DNA of 64,000 nucleotides, from contig JBBPEB010000007.1 of NCBI GenBank assembly GCA_039096225.1, positions 930,001-994,000 of the forward strand. Direction: 5' to 3'. Position numbers and translations under genes: made by a program. This stretch comes from Blastocystis sp. Blastoise (lineage: Eukaryota; Protista; Bigyra: Opalinata). The notes under the pieces are model-generated. The model worked only from the letters and a program-made list of their open reading frames with translations. It was not told the DNA's origin and searched no databases. Below, one piece after another: positions 15,060 through 33,472 of this stretch; the stretch's first letter is position 1; the number at the start of each line of letters is the position of its first letter.

Positions 15060-16074
15060 TTTTTATTCAATATAAATAGCAAAAATTAAACAATAGAACC
15101 TTTCGTAAAAATGGTATGTTCTCATTTATGGGAATTTCATTTCTAGCAGTGACTCTATGTAAAAAAACATAAAAAAATAATGTTAGTAGTCATTTATTGA
15201 AAATTACTGTCAATAATGTAGATATTTTTTAGGATATGATATAAAAATAGAAGAGACTACTGATTACATATATATATGGATTAAATAGACTGATTTAGTA
15301 TTTTTCGTTATTAATTATAACTATGTGCTGTTTATATTCGTTGAAATATATGTATAATGAAATATACAACAACTCTTCATTTCATAATAGTTAAAAATCT
15401 ACTTTATAATATAATCGATTCAAAATTAATTGGAATATTGAAGCTAGACAATGTATAAGAAACTGAATTATATTCTAATATATAATACATTATGTGTAAT
15501 TTCGTTTAACGAGTTCTCTTTCATATAATTCTCCTTTTTTGAAGGAATGTACTTTTTTTCTATAAATCATATGTAAATTGTAATCAAAAGTATCTGCTAT
15601 ATGAAACATTTCATTCAAAATTTTTGTGTATATGATATGAAAAAAAATATTAGTATTTTAATTGGTTTTTATGAACTATTAAATAGTATAAAAATAGAAT
15701 TTTTTTAGTATTTCTTAATTAATAAGCAAACGTATTCTTCCTCACCCTTATATATAAAATAAATGCATTAAAAATTAATTATTGTTAAATAACGAACACT
15801 ATCAGGTATTCCCGTGATACTTTTTGGAGAGTTTTGCCAAAAAATGACTAAATTACTTTTTAAGACTATTTTCAGTCAGGCGAAAAGAGTAGCCAAAAAC
15901 TAGGTTATTTTTGTCGAATATGGTCTTTCTTTTCATTCGTTCAGAATTCTTTTAGAAACGTCATTTTATTATTAATTTAATCGTTGTGTGAATGATAATC
16001 AATATATATATATAACAAAAGACAATAAATAATATATAATAATTAAAATAGCAAGAAAGATAAGAAAATAATAA

Positions 16075-16580
16075 TTATTTTGATTTGTTTTGATAAATTG
16101 GCAACTGTATCTGAGGACTATATATATAAATTGATAGAACTAATAATAATATAGATAATATAGAATACATACCTTCTAACATCACTTCTAGACCAACTCT
16201 TGAACAAGAACCAAAACTATAAAAATAGAATGTAAAAAAATAAATATATTATAACAATATACCTTCTAAATCCTAGCAGTGTAGACCAAAAGGGACACCA
16301 GAGAGTACCTAGAACCTATAAAAAATTAAATTAGTTAATTTCAAAAAAATAAAATATAATTAAATACCTTCAGAAGCATTGATTTGTTGACCAAGGAGAC
16401 CTGAGACAATAGTTGAACCTATATAAGATAATAAATAATAATAGCAGAGAGAATGCTAAAAAATATATACCTTTAATACAACCAGATTTCTATACGTTCA
16501 GGCCCGGAAACTCATAAACTAACTTTAAAAAAGAAGACCAATTAGGACCTATTAGAATCTATTTTGACACACCAGTAAGC
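16075..16580 (-). other. Array of five small spliced exons with no convincing ORF (lncRNA, micro-ORF or decayed gene)
   Basis: Exons at 16471-16580, 16368-16418, 16263-16315, 16173-16216 and one ending at 16117 are separated by AT-rich GT-AG introns. The first exon has stops in all three frames. Confidence 0.5.
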
Positions 16581-17389
16581 CTATATAGAATAAGATAAAT
16601 AAAAAAAATATTATATACATTTAATAATATATAAAATATAGTTGTAAATTAAAGAAAAATAAAAATAAATATGCGAAAAAGTTGAATCTTATAAACAAGG
16701 AGAAATTCCCCCTTACAATTTTTTTTTTTGTATAATAAAATTCTTTACAAAATCTGGGTTTCCAGGGGTTACAACATTTTTAAATTTTCCCTTTTTCTCT
16801 AATAAAAAGTCTATTTGAATATAAAAATGATTTATAAATGTAATATGTGTTTATGAACCTAAATTATTTAATTACAACATGTTTAAGACTTATTAGAACA
16901 AAAATATAGTTATTTAAAAAATCTTTAATTACAATTAAATATATTTGTCTGCTATTTTTATATAATAGTATTTTATTTATAACAAGAAGGTCCTAGATAA
17001 TCAAGAGAAATATTTAGTATAATCACTTATAGAGACATGATTCAAAATTTATAAACTTTTGTTTCTAATATGATTTATTTCAACAATTTATCGATTATTG
17101 TAGATGTATAAATAAAACGAGAATGTTTGAAAGCTTTGTGAGTTGTTTAAGACATAATAAAGAATGTAATTTATTAAAGTATAAAGTAGATTAATATTTA
17201 CTCTTTTTTCTATTATTCCAAAAGAATTCTATAAATAATTTTATTCCTAAATATCAACAAAACAAATAGAGTAATATATAAAGAAATAAAACAAAATAAA
17301 AGATAGATAAAAAAGATAATATATAGTATATATATAGTAATATATCATTATAATATATATAATATGAATAATTTATTAAACTCCTTTCT

Positions 17390-19210
17390 ATTCTATATAT
17401 ACATGATTATAAAACCATATATAATTTAAATATATATATATATTGATATAGTATTATAAATATATATATATACAAGAGTTATCATTATCTTAATACATAA
17501 AGGAATCATCCAAAAGTTTATATAATAATAATAATATAATAATAGTAATAACAATAAGTATATAATATATATATATATATATATATACAAGATATATAAT
17601 AACCATGTTTCTGATAATCATGGTTATCAATAAGGAACATAAAACGTGGGTATTATAGGAGGTATATAGTTGTATATATATGTTTTATATGGTGGTAATT
17701 CTTCAAATAGATAATGATCCTTTTTCTGTAGTTTGTATGGAATTGTAATAACTATATATATATATATATATTATATCAAAATATAATAATAAAGTATATA
17801 TATAAATATATAATATCACGAGAACAATAAAGTATATATATATATATACTTGAGAAATTCTAGAATAAGTATTTCCCAGATTATAATTCATAAAGACAAC
17901 ACGCTACTCTTAGTAGGGAAGATGAAGTAGGAGATAACAGGATAACAGTATATAACCACGGGGATAATTAAGTATATCCTATAAAATATGTAATAAGAAA
18001 ATCATGTGACATAAGTAGCTGATAGAGGGATTCAAACATTCATAGAATACATATATTAAAGTCATCCAGTATATTTATATCATATATATCTTCTTATCCG
18101 CGGTTTTCAGTCGGTTACGAAGAGAATATACATATTGAACATCAATAGAATGATCATTATCTTCTTCTCTTTTTCCTATATAAGTAAACATATCTATCAT
18201 TTCTTTTTCTTTTTTCTTTCCTGTTTCTTCTTCACCTTCAATTTCAACCGTATTCAGTATATGACTTAATCCATAAATCAGTTCTCCACTAGGTTTTTCT
18301 TCTCCTTCTCCTCTTTCTTTCTCTTCATATGTATTCATTAATCCTATTTCTTCTTCTTCAGGTACTTCCATATCATTATCAATCATCAAATCATTTCCTG
18401 TATCTTTATATGCACCTGTGAAATAATTAGTAGTAGGAGGAGGAGGAAAAGGAGGACTATAGACTTCTTTTAAACTATTATGACTCATAAAAAAGGAAAT
18501 AGAATAAATATCAATCTTTTTAATGTATGTAACTGAGGAGGTATATAAGAAGAAGGACAACGAGCTATTTGTATAATTTCTTCTATTCTTGTTAATAAGG
18601 TATATATCATATCTTGAGGAATATAATTCAATTCATATATATATAGACTTACTAATATTGTTTCTCTTCTTTGTATTATATATAATAATATGATATAATA
18701 TTATAAGTAAGAAACGAGATAGTACAGTATATGAATTGAAATGGATTTCAAAGGAAGGTTTAAAAGCATAATAAACTGAAGAATAATTTAAAACACTTAT
18801 ATAAATATATTGCATTCTTTAACCATGTTGTTAAGAAGTCTATAATAATATACAATAATAATATATAATAATAATAAAATATATATATATAATAAAATAT
18901 ATATATATATATATATATATATACAGCTCTCCGATTTATAAAGTGGAATCAATGAGAATATCACGTGCTTTTCTTCATTTGATTCGGGAGTACAAATACA
19001 TCCTTAACGGAAAATATACTCACCAACTGTTTTCTATAATAATAATAAGAATGTTATTATAATACATAATATATACAATAGAATTTCGAATAGAATCAGG
19101 AATAGGTTGTGATTCAGGGATGTCATTTATATATATAACTAACAATTTTACTTAATACTTTAATACTCTATAAATAATATGAATATAAGTATATATATAT
19201 ATGTATAATT

Positions 19211-19241
<31 letters not shown>

Positions 19242-20636
19242 AGTATATATAAATATATACTTGTACTGTACATATATCAACACTTGTATTTAATAATAAA
19301 CTTTGTAAATATTCACGTTCTATATATAAGAATATATAATAATAAAAAGCATAATACTATATATATATATACGTTGATTAGGGAAGAAAGGGAGTAGTTG
19401 ACATATAATGGTAGTTGCTTGAATGTATTCATATATACTGCTATTATGAACAGCTTCATAAAATATATCAATATCCTTATTTGTTAACTATATATATAAG
19501 AATAAGAATATGTATATATATAATAATAAGAATAGAATAATAAGTAAATACAGGGATAACAGTGCATATATATTGAAGAAGAGAGAGAGACAATCGTAAC
19601 GTTTCTGTATTTAAACACTGTCGGAATAACACATCTAATATATCTCTGTCTCGAATATATTGAACAAGTGATTTATAAATAGTGGATTTCTTTATCGTTT
19701 GAAGATCATTAAATAATGTAGTTAAATTCGTTATTCCCTATATATATATATATAATTATTATTATATATAATAATTATTATATACATCAATTTTATTTTT
19801 CATGTTTGATCTCATCAACTTATATATATATATATTAATATATAATTTTTGATAATCATAAGGATCTTGATAAATTTTTCGTTTTTCAGCAATTTTCAGT
19901 GTATTTGTATATTCATCAACATCAATTTGGCGGGGAAAATCACTTGGTAAAAATTTTAATAAAATTTCATTACAAATAGTAACAAGTGAAGGAAGAGAAG
20001 TAAGTATATAAATATATATGCTTAATTTATACATAGAGAATAAGTATTCAAAATCTTTTCCAAAGTCGATATCTGCCCATAATGATTGTAATACATTCAT
20101 ATATTCATATAAAGAGGTTTCAATAGCTTTATATAAAGAACTATAGGGTTTACAATAATATCGTTTATCTGTATATTCCTCGACAAATGATTTGAGTTCC
20201 GTACTGAGAATGGGGTCCGTTGGAGGGGGATTGAGGGGAGTCACGAGACGATCACGTGCTGGAATTTCTTTTAGAATCGTATATGAACCTTGAGATAAAT
20301 CAAAACTATATATAGGGTTGAATATAAATATAATAGAATATAATATATATGTATACATAAATGCTCTATTATCACTATTTCGTATAAGTGAATATGTATA
20401 TTTATCAGAAATGGGGGAGTAAGAAAGATCTATTATGGTATAAATCCTATATAATATATATAATATATATATATAATATATATACTGTTTGTCCTGATGA
20501 TAATAAATAAGTAAATTCTTATCATGAGATGTATTGGTTAGTACAAGTGACGCATCTAGATGACGCTCCAGGTAAGGAAATGGCTCTACTCTATAATAAT
20601 ATATAATATATAATATATGTATAATAATAAATAACA

Positions 20637-20672
<36 letters not shown>

Positions 20673-20802
20673 CAACTTGAATATCTTCTAATCCATAAAA
20701 ATCTGCTTGTGTATATCCATCTTAATAAACTCTGTATATATTCTTATATATACCTCTCTCTTCAAAGAAATCAAGCACTATTCCCGTGATTCTAAAGATA
20801 TT

Positions 20803-20843
<41 letters not shown>

Positions 20844-20872
20844 GTATAATTATCATTAACATGAATAGACAT
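17390..20872 (-). CDS. Intron-rich hypothetical protein with a USP34/USP24/USP9-like ARM region; 3' half unresolved, possibly decaying
   Basis: The spliced segment LMRSNMKNKIDGITNL...LVQYIRDRDILDVLFRQCLNTETLRLSLSLLQYI...LTNKDIDIFYEA resembles the N-terminal ARM region of USP34-type DUBs (from memory). No Cys/His boxes were seen. The 3' end coordinate is approximate. Confidence 0.4.
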
Positions 20873-20944
20873 ATAGAGACCAATATCCTTTGTAAAATCA
20901 GTCTATATAATAATAATAATTATAATAAATATATTGTGAATTAC

Positions 20945-21400
20945 CTTTTTAATTTTTAAAGAACACACCAGCAACCTAATTCACCAATGGCAACTAAAAA
21001 GCACCTTCCTATATAATATAATATATAATAAACATATACTAAAAATAGAGTAAATTAAAAAAAGAATAAAAGAATATTGTAACATAGGAAAAGAGAAAAA
21101 AGAAAAATATCTAAATGCAAAGAAAAAAAAATATATATAATTATATACCTTCTAGACTTTGTTAATTGATTATTTGAAGTACCGACAAGACCTAATAAAC
21201 AACCTAAAAAAATTAAAAATAAACAAATGTAATAAAATACCTTATAAGAAAAAACCCAACAAGTACACATGATGAACCACTTTGAAACCGACCTGGGAGA
21301 ATATCTGTCAGGAAAAGGATTTACACAATGGAAAACTAAAAAGAATTATGAAAAAAAGTAGAAAATATCTAATAAATAAATACTTATAAAGTGCATACCT
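20945..21400 (-). other. Multi-exon non-coding 5' leader (or lncRNA) spliced onto the downstream gene
   Basis: Exons at 21241-21335, 21149-21203 and 20945-21008 with GT-AG introns, joined by intron 20903-20944 to the exon carrying the ATG at 20872. No continuous frame was found. Confidence 0.5.
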
Positions 21401-22609
21401 GTATAAAAAACACCATAAATAAGTATAAAAATATCTATATATGTTTGGTTATAATAATTTAAAAATAAAGATGAATTCACTAATATAATAAAATTTGTTA
21501 GTCAAATACTAAAAATTTTCGTAAAAATAGCTTTTATATTTTTTTTTAATTTTTTATGACTCACTACTAAAATTACAAGTTTTAAACGTTATGTACTGAG
21601 CTATTGACACAACACTATTGTATCTCACTACTTTCAAGTTTTAAAAAATTACTCATTTTTGTTGACTCTCTGATCTGTTGACTGACTCGTCTAAAAACTA
21701 TTAATTTTGACTTAAAACGATTGCATGCTACATAATTAACTCTAAAAGTGACTTTATAAAAGACTTTTATTTGATTCTGAGGAAAAGTAGTTTTTTTAGA
21801 AGTTTTGGCATACTCTTTGTATGCGGAACTTTAAGTCATAATAAAATCAAATGAAAAAACTCTTCTAAAACACTTATATCCTCTGATAGTCAATAAAATA
21901 TAAATAGACTCAGTTTTGAACGAGAAAAATATTCCCGTAAATATTTTAAAAATTCAAAACTCTGGTCTGACTGCCCATGGAACAAATAGGCTCGGCTCAA
22001 TTTTTCAGTGTAAAAAAAATATAATTTTTTGACTTTTTGGCTGAATTTTGGTTTCGACCATAGAGGTCTTTTTATTCATTTTTAATCATATATGTGACTC
22101 TGAGAGGGTCTTCACTTTAAACACAACTATAAAATATTTTAAAATATTGACCCTCATTTTCTTCAGAATTGCAACTTTAAAATAAATAAAAACGGTTTGG
22201 ATATCGTGTGATCCTCTGTAAATAAAAAATATTGTCAATTCTTTAATAAAATATGTTTAATAGGGTTTTTGTGTCTAAATCAAAAGTCGACTTAAAATTT
22301 TTATGAAAATTTTGTTTTTTTTTGCCTAAGTCTTTTTTTTGTTATAATTTTATTGGCTGAATAAGTTTTGAACGAAAATTAGCCAATCAAAAAGCTTTAA
22401 AAATTAAAAATGACCTGATAGTGGAAACAACGTTTGTTAACAATATAGATTAAAAAAAACCCAAGAATAATTGATGAATACAAATAAAATAAAAATAACA
22501 ATAACAACAAAAAATGGAAAAATGAAAAAAAAAGAAGGATATGAAAAGATTAAGAATGATTGAATTGGAAACAAATCTATATATATAGTTATAGAAAAAC
22601 AATAAGAAA

Positions 22610-28634
<6,025 letters not shown>

Positions 28635-29543
28635 GAGACTTACCTCTATAACAAGATAGAAAATCGATATACAATAAATAAATGACTTTTCATTTTTCGT
28701 GATTCTCTTGACTTTTTCGCTGTTGTTCTTTATTGAGTCTTTTCTTGTTCTCTTTTCATTTTTTATGCAATATAATATTATATTTTTTCTTATACACTAC
28801 CTTTACGTAATAATAGCAGTTATTCCTAATTGTAAAGACACATTATCAAATTTCTTTACTTTTTCTTATCTTAATTTTAAGTAAAAACACATTTTTTTAT
28901 ATGTCTTATTTTTATATTATTTTGTAATGTAAGTAATTTCAGCAAAAGAGTTAACCATATGATTTAGTTGACTATATATGATATTCTAACTTGTTCATAA
29001 ATATTCCTCATATAAGAGTGACTCATGCAATTTAAGGCTACACACTAAAACTGTAATTATATTTTAAAAAAGTAATAAACCTATAATTTTTCTTATGAAT
29101 AGCCTTCATATATAATATATAGAATCACTCACATTGACTTTTCAAAGAATTGACAAAAAACAAACGTATTAAGACATCAACAACATGACGATCTTATAAG
29201 AAAAAAAATTAAAAACATTATTGTTAAAACAATATCCAGATTCTTCTAATCAAATTCAATGGCTATTGTCAATTATCAAGTCAATTGTCATAAAATACTT
29301 TCATATGACCAATATAATAGTACTCCATACATTTCTTTTAGAAACACAACAATTAGGGTGTCTCCTTTGCTTATTTATAGGTAGGACTCAAATGACCCCA
29401 GAAGAAATCAAGTATTTTTGAAAAAATGAAAAATAGCTGTAACAAAATTGTTTCCCCGTGAACGACATAAGAAAGGGAGAAAATGAAACGGCAAATAAAT
29501 ACATAAATCTAAAGTTGACCCTTCTTTTAAGTTTTCTATTAAT

Positions 29544-30661
29544 ATGAGTGAAGAAACAACATCACGTCCTCTTAGTCCTTCTATGCAAATCAAATTAGAT
29601 ACAGATAATACTCGTTGGCAATTATATGTGAACAAACAATTACCACTCGATTATGAGTTTGTTCTAGACCACGAGCTTAAACATCAATGTGAGAAGAAGG
29701 CGTTGGAACTTCTTCTTTTAGCAAATCCCAAAGGTGATTTTGCATGGCATTTACTTTCTAAACATTCTTCCTATGCTACTTATATTAATATGGAAAATGA
29801 TTATTCTTCTCATCTTGGATTAGGATTAATTCGATGCCCTATTGCTTTTGTAAACTCGGTGGCTTCTGGTGATGCTTTATCAGGCAAACTGTTTTCAATT
29901 CCTTATAGTAGTAACCAAATTGTTAGACTTAGTGATTGTCTCACAATTGATTTATTATGTTTTGATTATCCATGGCCATTAAAACCACGTAGCTATCTGG
30001 TTTACACATATATTAAATATTTAAATGATAATACTTTAATTCGTGTCAGTTGGGATTGTGAAGAAAAATTACAACAATATTATCCACCACTTCCCGTATA
30101 TATATATAATATATTTTTATTTTTATTTATTTATTTATTTTAATAAAAATTGCTCTTCTAATTAAATATATATATATATAGGATACTGTTCGTGGATATA
30201 TCAAAGTAGCGGGATATATTGCCAGAAAAACAGCTAATGATAATCTAACTGCATTTGCTCATATAACAAGAGTATATTATTATTATATTTATTATTATTT
30301 ATTTTTTATTTTATTATTTATTTATTATTTTATTATATTTATTATTATATTTATTATTTTTTTTATTATATTTATTATTATTATATTATTATACTAATTA
30401 TTATAATAATAAAATTATTATAATAATACTAATTATGATTATACATAATTAATTCCTATCTACCTATAACTATATATATAGATGAATCCCAATGGGAATC
30501 TTCCAAAAATATTAGATCGTTCATCAGCTGAAAATGAAATTGAAATTATTAAAACGCTTGTTCATACAGTTGAACGTGTATATAAGAAAACAATGACTCA
30601 ACAAACAGAATCTATTAATAATCAAAATACAAATATGACAAAAGAAGTGTCATCTGTATAA
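29544..30661 (+). CDS. START (lipid-binding) domain protein
   Basis: YPWPLKPRSYL...LIRVSW...PDTVRGYI...GYIARK...ITRMNPNGNLP; two introns. Confidence 0.75.
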
Positions 30662-32197
30662 ATTAATAGGATATATATATATATATTCTTTCTAAATCTA
30701 TTTTTATCTTCTTCTTCTTTTTTCATAATAATTTTTATGACATAAAACTATTATTCAATATGATTATTGATATTCTATATTTATTTGGGTCTTTTCTTAT
30801 ATATACATATATTATTTTATGTTTTTACAAAATTAAGTATTTTAATTAAATTAATTCTTTTCCTCTAATAAATTAAAATAATGATTCTCTATATTTCTTC
30901 TTCTTTTATTATTATCATTTCAGGTGTTAATATTATTTTTTTTTGTCACTTGTCTCTTTTTATACTTATTATATGTATATGCATATATATATATTTCTAC
31001 TACTTATATTTCTTTATTATGTTTATATCTTTTTTTTTCTTCTTCTATTTCCAATTATCGTTAAATGATAAATTATATTCACAATTAGGTTTTTACTTAT
31101 AGCATATTTATTCTCATTAAAATATACTTTTTTCTTCTTCAATTTTATTTATATATATATTGTATATATTTTTTTTTTACAATTATTTCTATATTCAATC
31201 ATTTTTTATAATAGTATGCTATTTCATTTTTTATTTACTTTTATTTATGATTAGTATAAAGATATATATTTTATTCATATTACCCAATAATAATACTTAT
31301 TATTCATTATTATAAAAGAAAAATCTCTTCAGTGTTATCATTATAACATTATAAATTAAGACGATACTATATATATGTCTTTTTTTCTCCACTCTTCTTT
31401 TTTTCTTATATATTGATTTATTTAATATCTTCTTAATTATATATATATATTTTTAAAGAATTATTATCATATATATACACTATTTTTATAGTTATATTTC
31501 CATCCGCCTATACGCACATTATATATTACCCTTTATAAATATAATTCTATTTTTCTCTTCTTTTTTTTTTCTTTTTGTTTTTTATATATTAAAGAAATTT
31601 TTCCTCTTTCCTTTATTTTATTTGTATTTTTTTTTTCAATTTAAACATTATTCTTTATTTATATATATTTCTTTTTTCTTTATTATCAACTAATATAAGT
31701 TTAATTCTAAGTTATATGTATAATTTATGTATATATAATTATTTTTTAATAATTATTGTTTAATCATATTCATTATTAAATAAATTATTCTATATTTCTT
31801 TACTACATTTGCTTCTTCTTTTTTGCTGACATATATATATATTTATATAATTAAATATATATATTTTTTAAAGTTCACTTTTTTTCTTCTATGATGATGA
31901 TATATAATATTTATTATCAGATTCTTCTGTCTTCTTATTTTCTTCCCTTTGTATGTCGTATTCCTATTCATATATAGTATAGTATCAAAAGTATTATATA
32001 GTCCCATACAGTTATATTATGTGATTATTAGTTCATTTCTTTGTTATATACTTATAGTAGTAATTCTAATTAATTTTTAAAGTTGTTATAATTAAGTAGT
32101 GTTTTGTTATGTATATATGTTAAATAATACTTGTTTTTTTTTATTGATGAACACATTGATATTAAAATAATATTTATTAATAATTATAAGCATTTTA

Positions 32198-33435
32198 TTA
32201 TAATGTGATAGGTCTTATTTTTTGAATTGAAGAATATATATATGGTTTTGATTCTAGAGATCTATATATATATATATAGTAATAACGAATATATAAAAAT
32301 ATATATAAAATAAACGATTAATTAGTTAATATAAATACTGTTTTAATTTATTATATTCTGTTATTACTAATCCACTTTGACCTTCTGTTAAATGAAATGA
32401 ACTATATATATAATAAGCAAAATATATATATAATTATATATATATTTACGTATGTAATAATTGACGAATAAAAGAAATAAAATCATTATTAATATCATTC
32501 ATATTAAATAAAGATATTTGTGATTCAATTTGTATTTTTTTGATAGTAATTGGATTTGATGATAAATTTTGATTTTCATATGTATATATATAAGAAGTAG
32601 TAGTATATAGAGGAGTAGGAAGAATAGAAAATAGAGAATAACATAGATATTGAGGAATTGATATATATAGAAGAGGTGATATTGTAGATATAGTAGATGT
32701 ATCTATAGGCATAATATTTGTAGATTGAAGTAGTATATCACATGTATACTTCAAACTCTCTTTTGAAAATGATTGCTATAGATATAAGGTATATTATTAT
32801 ATACATTATATACACTAATTCATTATAAATCATAAAAATTAATATATATATATATATATACACTAGACAACAATGAGTAAACTTCATATATATATAATAA
32901 TGAATCGATACAATTACTTTTCTCTTTGATATCTTCATTTCCCCACGGGAAATTACTTGTAATATCTACATTAATAATATCAAACTCATTCTTTATTTGT
33001 TTATATAAACAATATAATCCTAATTCATAATATATATATCTATTTTCTGAAAGAGTTTTAACTCGTTCATGCCATTGAGAAATAGACTAGTTATATATAT
33101 ATTATTATATATATTTATATATATTTATTATAATTATTATTTTTATATACTAAATAATAGAATATATATTTTAAAAAAATTAATTTATATTTCATATAAT
33201 AATAAATGTTATAAATAACTATTATCGAATAATAATAATTATTATATATATACATCTATATTATCATTATTAACCACAGAATATCGTTTCTTCCTTATTA
33301 GTTGAATACCTTCTTCAATATATGTATATAACTCTATAGGGCAATCTGAAGATTCATTAGGAATGTAGTCTCCCACGGGAATCTTCGATAAAATATCCAC
33401 AAATGAAGAAAAGAAAAGAGATACTGTTGGCGCCA

Positions 33436-33472
<37 letters not shown>

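Noticed and set aside
15720-15980. snRNA, snoRNA or tRNA gene in this GC-richer block (also 59300-59390)
   Set aside because: No U-snRNA signatures, paired C/D boxes or cloverleaf could be seen by eye. An Rfam or tRNAscan run would be needed.
16495-16516. In-frame TGA (MSFRA*TYRN...) read as selenocysteine
   Set aside because: No selenoprotein-like context and no SECIS element recognised.
30662-32197. 1.5 kb T-rich stretch as a hidden gene
   Set aside because: No exon-like segments were found. It lies between convergent genes and is probably 3' UTR or intergenic.
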